From an uncultured Nitrososphaerota archaeon (GTDB lineage: Archaea > Thermoproteota > Nitrososphaeria > Nitrososphaerales > Nitrosopumilaceae), in the NCBI GenBank assembly GCA_963701075.1, contig OY969559.1, forward strand, positions 1 through 64,000: a stretch of DNA of 64,000 nucleotides, in the 5' to 3' direction. The position numbers were made by a program, and so were the translations under genes. Shown in pieces: positions 48,298-59,272 of the stretch; the first letter of the stretch is position 1; each line of letters opens with the position of its first letter. The notes beneath the pieces were generated by a model. The model worked only from the letters and a program-made list of their open reading frames with translations. It was not told the origin of the DNA and ran no database searches.

Positions 48298-48352
48298 CCT
48301 ATACAAAAGCATTAATATTCTTACCATTTCCTACGCACGATAGTGCAGTTTT

Positions 48353-49204
48353 TTGGATAGAAAAAACTTTGAGATCAATCCGTTAATCAAAGACTACAAA
48401 AACTATATTGATTCAATAAATCAAGCACTTAAAAAAGAACTAGAACTTTATTCCGCTTCAGAATTTTTTGAGCCTCTGCAATATGCACTTGAGGGAGGAA
48501 AAAGAATAAGACCCATCATTCTTGTCTTGGCTGCTGAAAGTGTTGGCAAGTGTAATGAACATGCGTTCATTGCTGCTTGCGCAGTAGAACTATTACACAC
48601 TGAATCCGTAATTCACGATGATATAATCGATAATGAGATTCTAAGGAGACGAAAGGATCCATTTCACATCAAGTATGGATATAATACAAGTATAATGACT
48701 GGCGATTTTGTTCTTGGATTGATTCTGAACATATCTTCACGTCTTGACAACTCACGAATAGCAAGAGAACTTGCAAATACAGCCATGATGATGAGCGATG
48801 GTGAGATGATAGAAACGAGACTAGAGACAAGCGAGGATATCACCTTTGATGACTATCTCAAAGTCATTGAATACAAGACTGCAACCGCATTTGAGGCAGC
48901 AACAAAGATTGGCGCCATTCTAGGAGGCGGCAATGAGGAGCAGATCATGGCATTTGCTGAATATGGCAAGAACATGGGAATTGCCTACCAGATTCGTGAT
49001 GATTTACAGGATTGGAATAACGAGGATAAGCTATTCAATACGCTGATTAAGAAAAGCTCAGATCCACGCAATGTTTTTGATCACATGGACATGTTACTAA
49101 ACAACTACTCAAAGAAAGCCAAGATAGCACTTAGGAAAATGGATGACGGTCCAGCAAGAAGAAGACTCGATAGTCTACTAGATCTTACTATGCTTAATGT
49201 ATAG
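48353..49204 (+). CDS. Polyprenyl diphosphate synthase
   Basis: GGKRIRP, HDDIID..RR, YKTA and YQIRDDLQD. Confidence 0.93.
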   Translation: MDRKNFEINPLIKDYKNYIDSINQALKKELELYSASEFFEPLQYALEGGKRIRPIILVLAAESVGKCNEHAFIAACAVELLHTESVIHDDIIDNEILRRRKDPFHIKYGYNTSIMTGDFVLGLILNISSRLDNSRIARELANTAMMMSDGEMIETRLETSEDITFDDYLKVIEYKTATAFEAATKIGAILGGGNEEQIMAFAEYGKNMGIAYQIRDDLQDWNNEDKLFNTLIKKSSDPRNVFDHMDMLLNNYSKKAKIALRKMDDGPARRRLDSLLDLTMLNV

Positions 49205-50681
49205 TAGAAAGATTTGCGAGAACTGGAACAGCTGATTTTGCAAATTCAATAAATGGACCTGGATACACTCCAATTCCAACCATGAAGATTATTGAAAATA
49301 TCATGACAGCTATTATGGATCTTGGTTCTTTTACTCTCTTTTCAGATTCGCCTTCTTCAAAGTACATCTTTCGTATTATCCAACCATAGTATGCAAGAGA
49401 CAGCGCACTGTTTAGTACTCCTGCCACAGCCAAGTATGGCGCCCATGGTATAGAGGCACCAGCATTTATCGCGGCACCAAATAACATGAGCTTACTCCAA
49501 AATCCATTGAGGGGTGGAACTCCTGCCAAAGCTAAAAGCGATATGACTAGTCCAAGCGAAGTAATCGGCATTCGTTTTCCAAGTCCACGAAGCTTGTCAA
49601 TGTGAGTGATAGATAGTGTTACAGCTATTCCTGCTACAGCTATGAACGCAGCAGCTTTCATGACAGCGTGATTTAGAATATGAAAGAGTGCAGCTGCAAT
49701 ACCAATTGCAGAAAATGGCGCGATACTCAAACCAATCAGAATGTACCCAGCATGGCTGATGCTAGAGTATGCAAGCATTCTTGAGATATTCTTCTGCCTT
49801 ATGGCTGCCAAGTTTCCCCAAGTCATAGTGACTATAGCTATTACAGCAAGGGCAAGAGACCAGTTGAGATTAAGGGCTATTGCGCCCATTACTATTACAC
49901 GCAGGGCTGCGGCAAAGCCAGCTTTTTTCGTTCCTGCTGCAAGCAATGCAGCGATTGTTGGTGGCGCTCCCTCATACGTATCTGGAAGCCACATGTGGAA
50001 AGGCACCAAGCCAATTTTGAATCCAAATCCAGCTATGAACATTCCAACTGCGAGTATGGCCAGTGGTGCCATGTCTGGGCTTAGATGTGAAAAGCCAGCT
50101 ATCACTTGTCCTATGTTAGTTGAACCCGTAAGGCCGTATGCTATTGATATTCCCCAGAGTATTATTCCTGAAGATAGGGCTCCAAATAGAAAGTATTTGA
50201 TAGCTGCTTCGTTTGAACTTGGATCTTTTTTGTTAAATCCAGCCAGTACATAAGTTGGAATACTCATCAATTCCCAGGCAACAAACAACATTACTAGATC
50301 AGTAGAATATGCAATCAGTACCATTCCTATTGCCGATAATATTATCAGGGAATAGTAGACAGCAGGATTTGCTTTTCCTCGCATGTAGCTGAATGAACCA
50401 ACTGTTGTCATTACACTGACTATCAACATTGCAATTGCAAAGAAAGATCCAAACATGTCGTTTGAAAGCACGCCTTTTGAGAAAATTGCTCCAGGCGTAA
50501 CATGGTTTGAAACTATTTGATATACAACAAATGCGATTGCTGCAGCCAGTGCGGCAAATGCAATCCCACCATAAAGGGAATCATTCTTCTCTTTTCTTAC
50601 TACACTAATTACTGGAATTATTACTCCGACGGCTCCTAGCATCAGAGTTAGAATGATTGGTGTTGAGGTAAAGTCCATCAT
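49194..50681 (-). CDS. nuoN: Complex I subunit N
   Basis: NEAAIKYF, PFHMWLPDTYEGAP and RMLAYSSISH. Confidence 0.95.
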   Translation of the reverse strand: MMDFTSTPIILTLMLGAVGVIIPVISVVRKEKNDSLYGGIAFAALAAAIAFVVYQIVSNHVTPGAIFSKGVLSNDMFGSFFAIAMLIVSVMTTVGSFSYMRGKANPAVYYSLIILSAIGMVLIAYSTDLVMLFVAWELMSIPTYVLAGFNKKDPSSNEAAIKYFLFGALSSGIILWGISIAYGLTGSTNIGQVIAGFSHLSPDMAPLAILAVGMFIAGFGFKIGLVPFHMWLPDTYEGAPPTIAALLAAGTKKAGFAAALRVIVMGAIALNLNWSLALAVIAIVTMTWGNLAAIRQKNISRMLAYSSISHAGYILIGLSIAPFSAIGIAAALFHILNHAVMKAAAFIAVAGIAVTLSITHIDKLRGLGKRMPITSLGLVISLLALAGVPPLNGFWSKLMLFGAAINAGASIPWAPYLAVAGVLNSALSLAYYGWIIRKMYFEEGESEKRVKEPRSIIAVMIFSIIFMVGIGVYPGPFIEFAKSAVPVLANLSTIH

Positions 50682-50691
50682 ATTTTTTCAC

Positions 50692-52770
50692 CTAAATAAA
50701 CAGTAGTAACACTACTATCAATATGCCAGCACCAAATACATACAAGTAAGATTGAGAAATTCCTGTTTGTGTAGATTGTAATATTCTTGCACCGCCTGCC
50801 ATAGTTTTTTCAGGTATCAGGTTAAACCCTTCCATTACTTTATCTTCAAAGTAGCGATAGGCTCCTCTTGCAAGATACAATGGGCCTACAACAAATGTCC
50901 AGTTGATCAGTGCGTCAAGATACCACCTGTTGAGGAAAAACTTGTGTATTGCGTAAAATACAATATTTGAATTTACAAATTTTGCAGGATCTACAAATCG
51001 TCCAATGTAGAAAATATATCCTAGCACAAATCCAATCGCAAATGCGGAAAGAGAGGCGACTAGTGCAATTGGGTTAACGCCCTCTAGAAATCCCCCAAGT
51101 AGTTGCGAGGATCCAGTAGCAACTGCTCCTACTTGAGACTGGATTCCAAATGTTGAGGATAGATATGCTGTGAAAATGCTGTGTAGTTTACGTTCAAACG
51201 CCAAGCCCAGAACACCAACTCCAATCGTAAGAGCTGCTAGAATGCCATATGGAATCCACATCACAGGACTTGCCTCGTGTATATGGTATCCTTCCTTCTC
51301 CAAGTGCTCTACGTGTTTGCTCTTGTTACCAAAAAAGACCATTCCAATCATCCTAGTAGTGTAGAATGTTGTCATCACAGCAGTAATCACTGCCATGATA
51401 AATATCGGCATAGCCCAGGTATTACCCGATTGATATACAGCTGCAAAAATGGCATCTTTGCTCCAGAAACCTGATGTAATAAACGGAGCAGCCATTAATC
51501 CTAGTCCTGCGGCCCACATGAAGACATACGTCTTTGGCATGAGTCTTCGAAGTCCTCCCATGTCAGTCATAAATCTAGACCCAACTACATGCAGTAATGA
51601 GCCTGCGGCCATGAACAAGGAAGCTTTGAACATTGCATGTGAAATAAGCTGGAAGAAACCTGCAGTATAACCATCTACAAATTGCCTTGAAAGCCCAGCT
51701 ATGCCAAAGGCCATCATCATGTAACCAATTTGTGAGCCTGTTGAATATGCAAGTACTTTCTTTATTTCGGTTTGAACCATTCCTTGAGTAGCTAGAAGAA
51801 ATGCAGTGATTGCTCCAACCCAGGTTATTACTTCGAAGAATTGATCCATACTGATGCCAGCTGCTGCCAAGGCAAAGAACAGTGGACCTAACCTTGCTAC
51901 CAAAAATACACCAGCCTTTACCATTGTGGCTGCATGAATGAGTGCAGAAACTGGAGTAGGACCAGTCATTGCCTCAAGTAACCATTCGTTTAGTGGAAAT
52001 TGTGCTGATTTTCCTATAGCTCCTCCAAATAACAAAATTGCAGCCGGGACCAACAGGTTTTGAGAAGACATGGCAGTTGCCCAGCCTGTATTTGCCGCCA
52101 ATTCTTTAAATCCAAAAGTTCCTGCAAATGCAAAGATTAGGAACATTCCAGCTAACATCATAACGTCTCCAACTTTGGTCATGATGAATGCCTTCATTCC
52201 CGCTTGAGTAGGAGAGTAATAATCCAACAAGCCAAGAACTGTACGCCCTTCGATTCCTACATGATCCTTCTTTTTGTCCCTATACCAAAATCCTACTAGC
52301 GCGTATGATGCAAGACCCACACCCTCCCAACCAAAGAAGAGTTGCAGGAAATTGTCTGATAATACTATTAGTTGCATAGAGCCAATGAAGAAAGACATCC
52401 AGAAAAAGAACCTCATTAGATCCTTGTCGCCTTTCATGTAACCCGTGCTGTATATGAAAATCAAAAGTGATATCCATGCAACTACGTTGGTCATTATTGC
52501 AGCCAATGGGTCTGCCAAGATACCGGCTTTCAGTCCGATTGACGATATCCATGGAATTTGATTATGAATTTCTTGATTATGTAATGCAAGTGGAATTAGT
52601 GTTGCAGCTGAAATAGCGCTGACCAGAGCAAATGCTACTGCCACATATCCTGGAGATTTTTTTGATACTTTTGCCACAGCAGGTATTACCAATGCGCCAA
52701 CAAACGGCAATATCCAAATTGCCCATACGTTTAACGCGCTAGCACTAAGACCAAGAGAACTAAAATCCAT
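50692..52770 (-). CDS. nuoL: Complex I subunit L
   Basis: GWEGVG, GKSAQFP..WL..AM.GPTPVSALIHAATMV. Confidence 0.96.
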   Translation of the reverse strand: MDFSSLGLSASALNVWAIWILPFVGALVIPAVAKVSKKSPGYVAVAFALVSAISAATLIPLALHNQEIHNQIPWISSIGLKAGILADPLAAIMTNVVAWISLLIFIYSTGYMKGDKDLMRFFFWMSFFIGSMQLIVLSDNFLQLFFGWEGVGLASYALVGFWYRDKKKDHVGIEGRTVLGLLDYYSPTQAGMKAFIMTKVGDVMMLAGMFLIFAFAGTFGFKELAANTGWATAMSSQNLLVPAAILLFGGAIGKSAQFPLNEWLLEAMTGPTPVSALIHAATMVKAGVFLVARLGPLFFALAAAGISMDQFFEVITWVGAITAFLLATQGMVQTEIKKVLAYSTGSQIGYMMMAFGIAGLSRQFVDGYTAGFFQLISHAMFKASLFMAAGSLLHVVGSRFMTDMGGLRRLMPKTYVFMWAAGLGLMAAPFITSGFWSKDAIFAAVYQSGNTWAMPIFIMAVITAVMTTFYTTRMIGMVFFGNKSKHVEHLEKEGYHIHEASPVMWIPYGILAALTIGVGVLGLAFERKLHSIFTAYLSSTFGIQSQVGAVATGSSQLLGGFLEGVNPIALVASLSAFAIGFVLGYIFYIGRFVDPAKFVNSNIVFYAIHKFFLNRWYLDALINWTFVVGPLYLARGAYRYFEDKVMEGFNLIPEKTMAGGARILQSTQTGISQSYLYVFGAGILIVVLLLFI

Positions 52771-52773
52771 GTT

Positions 52774-54333
52774 CTAAACTCCCACCAGTCCTTTCATGAA
52801 CGGAATTATTTGATTGAAAAATATATCGGGATCTATTCCAATAACAACTGTAAATCCTGACAATACCATCATAGGACCTGTTACGTACCAGTTTGCTTCT
52901 TTAGTATTTTCAAGATGCACTGGAAGTTTTCCAAGGAAGACTCTTTTTATCATCCACAAAGAATATGCCATGGTAATAACGGTCGCAATCAGCCCAAGCC
53001 CAAAGGAGATCATCCTAATTGTTGACCCTTCTTGAATTGCTGTCTGTAATGCACCATTGAACATAGTCCATTCTGCCATGAATCCACTTGTTGGAGGAAC
53101 GCCCACTATGGTGAGTACTCCAATCATTGCACAAGTTGCAGTGATTGGCATTTTTCCTGCAAGTCCACCCATCTTTGTAATGCTTCTAGTGCCAACCTGA
53201 AGAATAATTGCGCCAACCATCATGAAGAGAATTACTTTACCCAAGCTGTGCGATACAAACAACATTTCAGCGCCAGAAAGTCCCAAGGCCGAGGCAGAAC
53301 CTATTCCAAAAAGGATATACCCCATTTGACTAATACTTGAATAAGCAAAGAATTTTTTGATGTCATCTTGGACTAGTGCCATTATTCCACCATAGAGCAT
53401 GGTTCCAACTCCCCACAGGTTCAAAAACAAAGCAAAATGAGCATACTCTCCTGGCAAGAGCGCTATTAACAGTCTGAAGAAACCGTAAGCACCAACACCT
53501 AGCATTGCTCCAGATGATAGTGCGTTAAGTGGAGTCGGAGCTGCCCTATACGTATGTGGCAACCAGATATGCACAACAAATGCAGCCATCTTTACACCAA
53601 GCCCCACAATTATTGCCACCGCAGCAAGTGCCAAAAGACGATGTGGTATTCCATGTTCATGAATGTCAGCATAGTTGAAGCTGCCTGCATTGAATCCTAT
53701 TGTAAGAAAGCCAAGAAGTAGAATTACTGCTCCAACATGAGTCCAGAAGAAGAACAGTAGAGCAACCCTTCTTTTTGCCTCATAGCCCCAGAGTGCAATC
53801 ATAAAGAATCCTGGAATCAACATAACCTCAAAGAAGACATAAAATTCAATCAGATTTGTTGCAAGTATTGAGCCCAGCATGCCCATCGCCATAACAAGAA
53901 GAAGTGCATAGTAAATGCCGATCTGATGATTCACATAATTTTTCAATGATGATGCTTCTACCATTGCAGTTGGTCCATCACCAACTACCTGTTTTTGGGC
54001 ATGCATTTTTTCTTCATATTGTGCTGTGAGCTTGGCAACCATGTAGGGTTTTGAAAATAGAACCACGACTGTAGAGATTACATATATTATGATTGCAAAT
54101 GGTGATGCAAGACCATCCAACAATAGTCCAAATTCTCCAAATTGTTGTGTCCATGGATAATGTTCTTCGTATGTACCTGATAATGACGCCAGTGTAACTA
54201 GCGCAGTGCAATAAGTTAGTATTCCAAAACTGAACCATGTTGCAGCGTTTGGTCCTGATTTTTTTCCAAGATAATATGCTATTGGAGACAGTAACAGTGG
54301 CAGAAAAATTGCCTGAAGTAAAAGGTACTGCAT
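52774..54333 (-). CDS. nuoM: Complex I subunit M
   Basis: FYVFFE..LIP, HIWLP and DIKKFFAYSS. Confidence 0.94.
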   Translation of the reverse strand: MQYLLLQAIFLPLLLSPIAYYLGKKSGPNAATWFSFGILTYCTALVTLASLSGTYEEHYPWTQQFGEFGLLLDGLASPFAIIIYVISTVVVLFSKPYMVAKLTAQYEEKMHAQKQVVGDGPTAMVEASSLKNYVNHQIGIYYALLLVMAMGMLGSILATNLIEFYVFFEVMLIPGFFMIALWGYEAKRRVALLFFFWTHVGAVILLLGFLTIGFNAGSFNYADIHEHGIPHRLLALAAVAIIVGLGVKMAAFVVHIWLPHTYRAAPTPLNALSSGAMLGVGAYGFFRLLIALLPGEYAHFALFLNLWGVGTMLYGGIMALVQDDIKKFFAYSSISQMGYILFGIGSASALGLSGAEMLFVSHSLGKVILFMMVGAIILQVGTRSITKMGGLAGKMPITATCAMIGVLTIVGVPPTSGFMAEWTMFNGALQTAIQEGSTIRMISFGLGLIATVITMAYSLWMIKRVFLGKLPVHLENTKEANWYVTGPMMVLSGFTVVIGIDPDIFFNQIIPFMKGLVGV

Positions 54334-54638
54334 TATCCTTTCAAGCTCCTAAAGTCCTCGATATCGATATTCTTGTACATTCTATACGCGACAATAATTA
54401 GTGCAAGTCCAACTGCAACTTCGGCTGCCGCAATTGCGATGGAAAAGAGGGCCAGTGTTTGACCTTGGCTGTTTGGAATGAATCTTGCAAATGCTACTAA
54501 ATTTAGATTTGCAGAATTGATTATCATTTCTATTCCAAATAACATTCTAATTGCATTTCGCTTTACTGCCATGCCATAAATCCCAATGGCCAAAAGAGCC
54601 ACTGAAACTAGAACAAAATCAATTAGCCCGTTGGTCAT
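54333..54638 (-). CDS. nuoK: Complex I subunit K
   Basis: IAAAEVAVGLA. Confidence 0.95.
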   Translation of the reverse strand: MTNGLIDFVLVSVALLAIGIYGMAVKRNAIRMLFGIEMIINSANLNLVAFARFIPNSQGQTLALFSIAIAAAEVAVGLALIIVAYRMYKNIDIEDFRSLKG

Positions 54639-55140
54639 TTGTTATATCCTCCCTTTTTGCCAAAGTCAGAGCACCAATTACTGATGCAGCCAAAACCAGC
54701 GCCATAACTATAAGGGCTGGTGAATAATATGTAAGAAAGTCTGAGCCTATTTTCTTGTAGTCTACTGTCGGAGAGTTTGTTTCCATTGATTTTATACCAG
54801 AGCCAATAATTATCATACCAATGCCAAGCATCAATGCAAGCATGAGTCCTATTCCTGCATATCGCCTTCGCTTATCCTCGATCTTGTTGAATATCAGCTC
54901 ACGTCTTACTAACATCACAGTGAACAAAATTAGTACTGCAACAGAGCCTACATAAACCGAGAGTTGAAACATTGCTACAAAAGGCGCATCAAGTAGCAAG
55001 AAAAATCCAGCTATGCCAGATAATGTTATCATGAGCGCTATTGAACCATAAATCAGTGAACGAATCTCAAGTGCCACTATAGCACTGCCAATTGTTAAAA
55101 CAGAAAGAGCGAGAAATACCGCATCAACCATGTGTTGCAC
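54619..55140 (-). CDS. nuoJ: Complex I subunit J
   Basis: QLSVYVGSVAVLILFTVML. Confidence 0.93.
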   Translation of the reverse strand: MQHMVDAVFLALSVLTIGSAIVALEIRSLIYGSIALMITLSGIAGFFLLLDAPFVAMFQLSVYVGSVAVLILFTVMLVRRELIFNKIEDKRRRYAGIGLMLALMLGIGMIIIGSGIKSMETNSPTVDYKKIGSDFLTYYSPALIVMALVLAASVIGALTLAKREDITNDQRAN

Positions 55141-55621
55141 CCCTGTCAGTGATTTTTATTTCCACATCCTGTGATATCTTTGGCTTGAGAGCAAGCTGAG
55201 CAGGGGTGTAAATCAAAGCAGACTTGGTAAAAGATGAAAGCTCGTAATCATTTGTCATGTATAACGCATAGAACGGGCATGCATCAACACATAGACCACA
55301 AAATACACATTTGCCATAATCTATCTGTGGCATTATTGCCTTTTTGTTTTGTTTCCAAGTTTCATTTACCTTGACCATGCCAATGGCCTCTGCTATTCCT
55401 TCACATGCCACTGCACAAAGCTGACAACCTGTACAGTGTTCGTGGTACAGTATATGTCGACCTCGCAGCCCGGCTATTCCTACTCCTGTCTCTGGGTTAA
55501 ATTGAAAGCCATCACCTACGAATTTTAGCTTCTGCTCAGGATAGCGTAGCGTAAATCTTCTAACTGCAAGGTGTTTTACTCCTGAATTCAGTGCTTTTAT
55601 AATTCCGCCAGCAGTGCTCAT
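55124..55621 (-). CDS. nuoI: Complex I subunit I
   Basis: CTGCQLCAVAC and CVFCGLCVDACP. Confidence 0.95.
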   Translation of the reverse strand: MSTAGGIIKALNSGVKHLAVRRFTLRYPEQKLKFVGDGFQFNPETGVGIAGLRGRHILYHEHCTGCQLCAVACEGIAEAIGMVKVNETWKQNKKAIMPQIDYGKCVFCGLCVDACPFYALYMTNDYELSSFTKSALIYTPAQLALKPKISQDVEIKITDRGATHG

Positions 55622-56919
55622 TGAATCAATCCTCCAGGCCCCAAGACACCTGCGTATAGCAATCCAAGAGCTATAAAGATGTTAATGAAGGCCAGACCTA
55701 TCAATTTGTACCAGCCAGTATGCAGTAACATGTCTATTCTAATTCTTGGGAACACACCACGTGGTAATAGAATTACAAGTATAACTCCGACAGTTTTTAT
55801 TACAAACCAGAGGGTTCCGTTGAGCATCTCTTGATCAAAGAGAGGAAGACCAGCTATCTTTGCTGTTATTGGCCCTATAGTGATTCCATTGGTTATCAGA
55901 TCTGGTGAAAGCGGTGGCCAAACCGAAGGTCCATTCCATCCGCCAAGGAATAATACGGTAAACAGTCCAGCGAATGCATATAACTTCAGGTATGTTCCAA
56001 GCTGAATAAGTCCATACATCATACCTGAAAATTCAGTTAACCATCCTGCTACTATCTCACTTTCTGCTTCTGGAAGATCAAATGGAACTCTCTCAAGCTC
56101 CGCAATTATACAAATGAAAAACACAATAGCGCTAATAGGTGCAAAGATAATCCACCAGTAATGTTGCTGTGATTCAACAATTTGTGAAAGATTCAGTGTG
56201 CCTGTTAAGATAACAATACTGAGCAAAGAAAGAATCAATGGGATTTCAAATGCGATCATTTGATGTAGTGCTCTCAGGCCACCAATGAACGTCCACTTGT
56301 TATTTGCAGCCCAAGCGGTAAGAACAGTGATTATTGGAAAGAATCCTATTGTAGCAAAAACTGCAAGTAATCCTACACTGGGATTTGCAACGACCCATCC
56401 AGGTGCAACTGGAATTAATGATACAAAAGCTGCTGCAGTGCCAAGAAACAGCAATGGCCCCACCCAGAAGATGGGCTTATCTGCTTTCGCCGGAATTATG
56501 ATTTCCTTTGATATCAATTTCAAGCCATCGCCCATCAGCTGAAGTATACCCTCTATTTTACCACAATAAAGAGGCCCAACCCTAAGCTGTATTTTGGCCA
56601 AGAATTTTCGCTCAATAAATATGGTAGCTGCTGCAAGAAGTGCAGCGAACCCAAATCCTGGAAATGCAACAACATGGAAGAATGTAGTGTGAAGTAGCGT
56701 CTTGATTATAGGCAACGTACGTGAGGGATCGGCCATCCACGTCATGGCCAGATACGGCGTCAATAATTGATGATTAACGATTGGCATTTTGATGTAAAAT
56801 AGTATGATAAAGACAATTGGAAGTCCAACAAGCGAGAATAGCAGTAGAATCCAGAATATTATATCAAATAGTGAACCAACGAATCTGCTGAATCTAAACT
56901 GCGGTGCAATTGTTGACAT
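55618..56919 (-). CDS. nuoH: Complex I subunit H
   Basis: ERKFLAKIQLRVGP and ERVPFDLPEAESE. Confidence 0.96.
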   Translation of the reverse strand: MSTIAPQFRFSRFVGSLFDIIFWILLLFSLVGLPIVFIILFYIKMPIVNHQLLTPYLAMTWMADPSRTLPIIKTLLHTTFFHVVAFPGFGFAALLAAATIFIERKFLAKIQLRVGPLYCGKIEGILQLMGDGLKLISKEIIIPAKADKPIFWVGPLLFLGTAAAFVSLIPVAPGWVVANPSVGLLAVFATIGFFPIITVLTAWAANNKWTFIGGLRALHQMIAFEIPLILSLLSIVILTGTLNLSQIVESQQHYWWIIFAPISAIVFFICIIAELERVPFDLPEAESEIVAGWLTEFSGMMYGLIQLGTYLKLYAFAGLFTVLFLGGWNGPSVWPPLSPDLITNGITIGPITAKIAGLPLFDQEMLNGTLWFVIKTVGVILVILLPRGVFPRIRIDMLLHTGWYKLIGLAFINIFIALGLLYAGVLGPGGLIQ

Positions 56920-58053
56920 TTACCTGTCTGCCTCCACAGGCCAATAGTTAAGTCCCCAGTAAACAGCTGGCATGTTTCCCAACAGCTCGCCTTTTAACAA
57001 GTATGGCATACAAATCAAATTTCTAAAGGAACCAACACTAATCTTGACTCTGTACGGTTCTGGTCTGTTGTTTGACACTATGTAATATCCAAGTGATCCT
57101 CTGCCAGATTCTACCCTTTTGTACACTTCGTCGTTTCCGCCTTTTGGGTTTGGTTTTAGTTTTGTGCGTACAGAGCCTGACTTTGGCATCTTTCTTATTG
57201 CGTCTCTAATTATTCTACAACTTTCAAACATCTCAAGGTATGGAATGTAAGACCTTGCGTAAGAGTCACCTTCCTTCCTTACTACAGTTTCAAAATCCAA
57301 ATTTTCATAGACATCATATGGTTCCTTCTTTCGTAAATCAAAGTCCACACCTGAGGCCCTCAGAACAGAACCAGTAGTGCCAAGCCTTATTGCATCCGTT
57401 CTTGATAATATGCCGGTTCCTTCTGTTCTGCTTATTAAAAGTGGATTTTTGTAAAATATAGCTTGATACTCTTTCAATCTCTTTTCAAAATAGTCTACTT
57501 GTCTGAGGCATCTTTCTTCAAAGTTAGCAGGCAGATCATTTCGTATTCCACCTGGCACAAGATATGCATGAGTTACCCGTGCACCAGACATTGCCTCCAA
57601 AAGATCAATGAATAACTCACGATCTCCGGCTGGCCACATGAACATTGTAGAGTGACCCAAGAAGATGCCATAGATTGCAAGCCAGTAAAGTGTATAGACA
57701 CACCTATTGAGCTCAGATGCTATGACCCGAATGTACTTTGCTCGCTCCGGAACTTCAATTCCCAATAGTTCTTCAACAGCTAGACAATACGGATACAAAA
57801 TATTACATGAATCGTGAATTACTGGTCTTTCGAGGTGGGGAATGTTTTGAATGTAATTTCTGTACTCTGCCATTTTTTCTTCGCCGCGATGAACGTATCC
57901 TGGATCTGGATCGCATGAAACGATGTAATCCCCGTCTACCTTTATGATAAGTCTCATGTGACCTGAACCTGGATGTTGTGGTCCAACGTTGAGCGTCATT
58001 ATTCTATCATCTACTTTTTCAAGTTGGATTCCTGGAGGCAGTGGTGTTGTCAT
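56920..58053 (-). CDS. nuoD: Complex I subunit D
   Basis: NVGPQHP..GHMR and GYVHRGEEK. Confidence 0.96.
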   Translation of the reverse strand: MTTPLPPGIQLEKVDDRIMTLNVGPQHPGSGHMRLIIKVDGDYIVSCDPDPGYVHRGEEKMAEYRNYIQNIPHLERPVIHDSCNILYPYCLAVEELLGIEVPERAKYIRVIASELNRCVYTLYWLAIYGIFLGHSTMFMWPAGDRELFIDLLEAMSGARVTHAYLVPGGIRNDLPANFEERCLRQVDYFEKRLKEYQAIFYKNPLLISRTEGTGILSRTDAIRLGTTGSVLRASGVDFDLRKKEPYDVYENLDFETVVRKEGDSYARSYIPYLEMFESCRIIRDAIRKMPKSGSVRTKLKPNPKGGNDEVYKRVESGRGSLGYYIVSNNRPEPYRVKISVGSFRNLICMPYLLKGELLGNMPAVYWGLNYWPVEADR

Positions 58054-58054
58054 C

Positions 58055-58699
58055 TTATCTTCCCTTTATCTTGAAATCTTTTCTAAATGGAGGAATGTCT
58101 GCCCAATCCTCTGGTAAAAGTAATCTCCTATTATCGGGGTGACCTTCAAAGTATACACCAAACATTTCAAAACATTCTCTTTCATGAAATTCAACGCTGT
58201 AAAACACCTCTCTTAGTGATGTCATTCTCGTGCTATCTTTTCCCGGATTTGGAATTTCCTCGCGCGGTACGCGGGTAGCAAGTGTTAGAACATGAGTAGC
58301 GAGTTTGTCATCGGTGTAAGACCCCAGATGATATACAACTTCAATTTCTTTCGAATCGGGATAATCTACACCAGAAACTGATTCAGCGTGATCATATCCT
58401 AATTCATCACGGATGAAAAAGGCTACATCTAAGATATTTTCTTTCTTTGTAGAGATTCGAATTCTACTTGATCTTACATAGTCTACATTTATTTTTGAAC
58501 CAAATTTTGAAGCAATTTTATCAGAAATAGATTTTTCAAATTCAGGTATTGGCTTAGGGCGAACGGGAGAGTCTGGAGAGAAATCGATGCCTTGTTCTTC
58601 ATACGATTTTTTTGTTTCATCTTTTGATAGAGACTCGGCATCTTCAGATGTCGCCGCAGTCTCACTGGGCTGTTCGTCCTTTTCAGTCTCCGAGCTCAT
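58055..58699 (-). CDS. nuoC: Complex I subunit C
   Basis: ERECFEMFGVYFEGHPD.RRLL..PFRKDF. Confidence 0.95.
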   Translation of the reverse strand: MSSETEKDEQPSETAATSEDAESLSKDETKKSYEEQGIDFSPDSPVRPKPIPEFEKSISDKIASKFGSKINVDYVRSSRIRISTKKENILDVAFFIRDELGYDHAESVSGVDYPDSKEIEVVYHLGSYTDDKLATHVLTLATRVPREEIPNPGKDSTRMTSLREVFYSVEFHERECFEMFGVYFEGHPDNRRLLLPEDWADIPPFRKDFKIKGR

Positions 58700-58701
58700 T
58701 T

Positions 58702-59229
58702 TTATGCGCCCTTCATCCGTTTAATTTTTTCTTGAAGCAACATACATCCTTGAATGAGAGTTTCTGGTCTTGGTGGGCAGCCTGGAACATAGACGTCTAC
58801 TGGAAGTACACCGTCAATGCCAGGAAGCACATTGTATGAATCAAAATATAATCCTCCAGTAATTGCACATGCGCCCATAGCTATTACGTACTTTGGATCA
58901 GGCATTTGATCATAAACCATTCTTAACCTGGGCGCCATTTTTCTTGTAATAGTCCCCATTACTACGATTAGATCACATTGTCGAAGAGAACCAAATGCCT
59001 CTATAATCCCAAATCGCTCTACGTCATATCTAGGGCTTGAGGCAGCGCCGAATTCTACACTACAACATGCAGTCTCAAGGTGCACAGGCCATAACGACCA
59101 AATTCTGCCCCAATTTATAGCATAATCCAAAGGTTTGCCAATAGCCTTCACAAGTACTTCGCCTAGTTTTCCAACTAGCACATTAGTAGCATGCGGCGCA
59201 GTATCTTGATTAAAGAATTCTTTTAGCAT
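58702..59229 (-). CDS. nuoB: Complex I subunit B
   Basis: TACCSVE, GACA and VYVPGCPPRPE. Confidence 0.96.
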   Translation of the reverse strand: MLKEFFNQDTAPHATNVLVGKLGEVLVKAIGKPLDYAINWGRIWSLWPVHLETACCSVEFGAASSPRYDVERFGIIEAFGSLRQCDLIVVMGTITRKMAPRLRMVYDQMPDPKYVIAMGACAITGGLYFDSYNVLPGIDGVLPVDVYVPGCPPRPETLIQGCMLLQEKIKRMKGA

Positions 59230-59272
59230 TTCTCTTTCCTACCTCGAACTTCTTCAATATTTGATTTAAGAG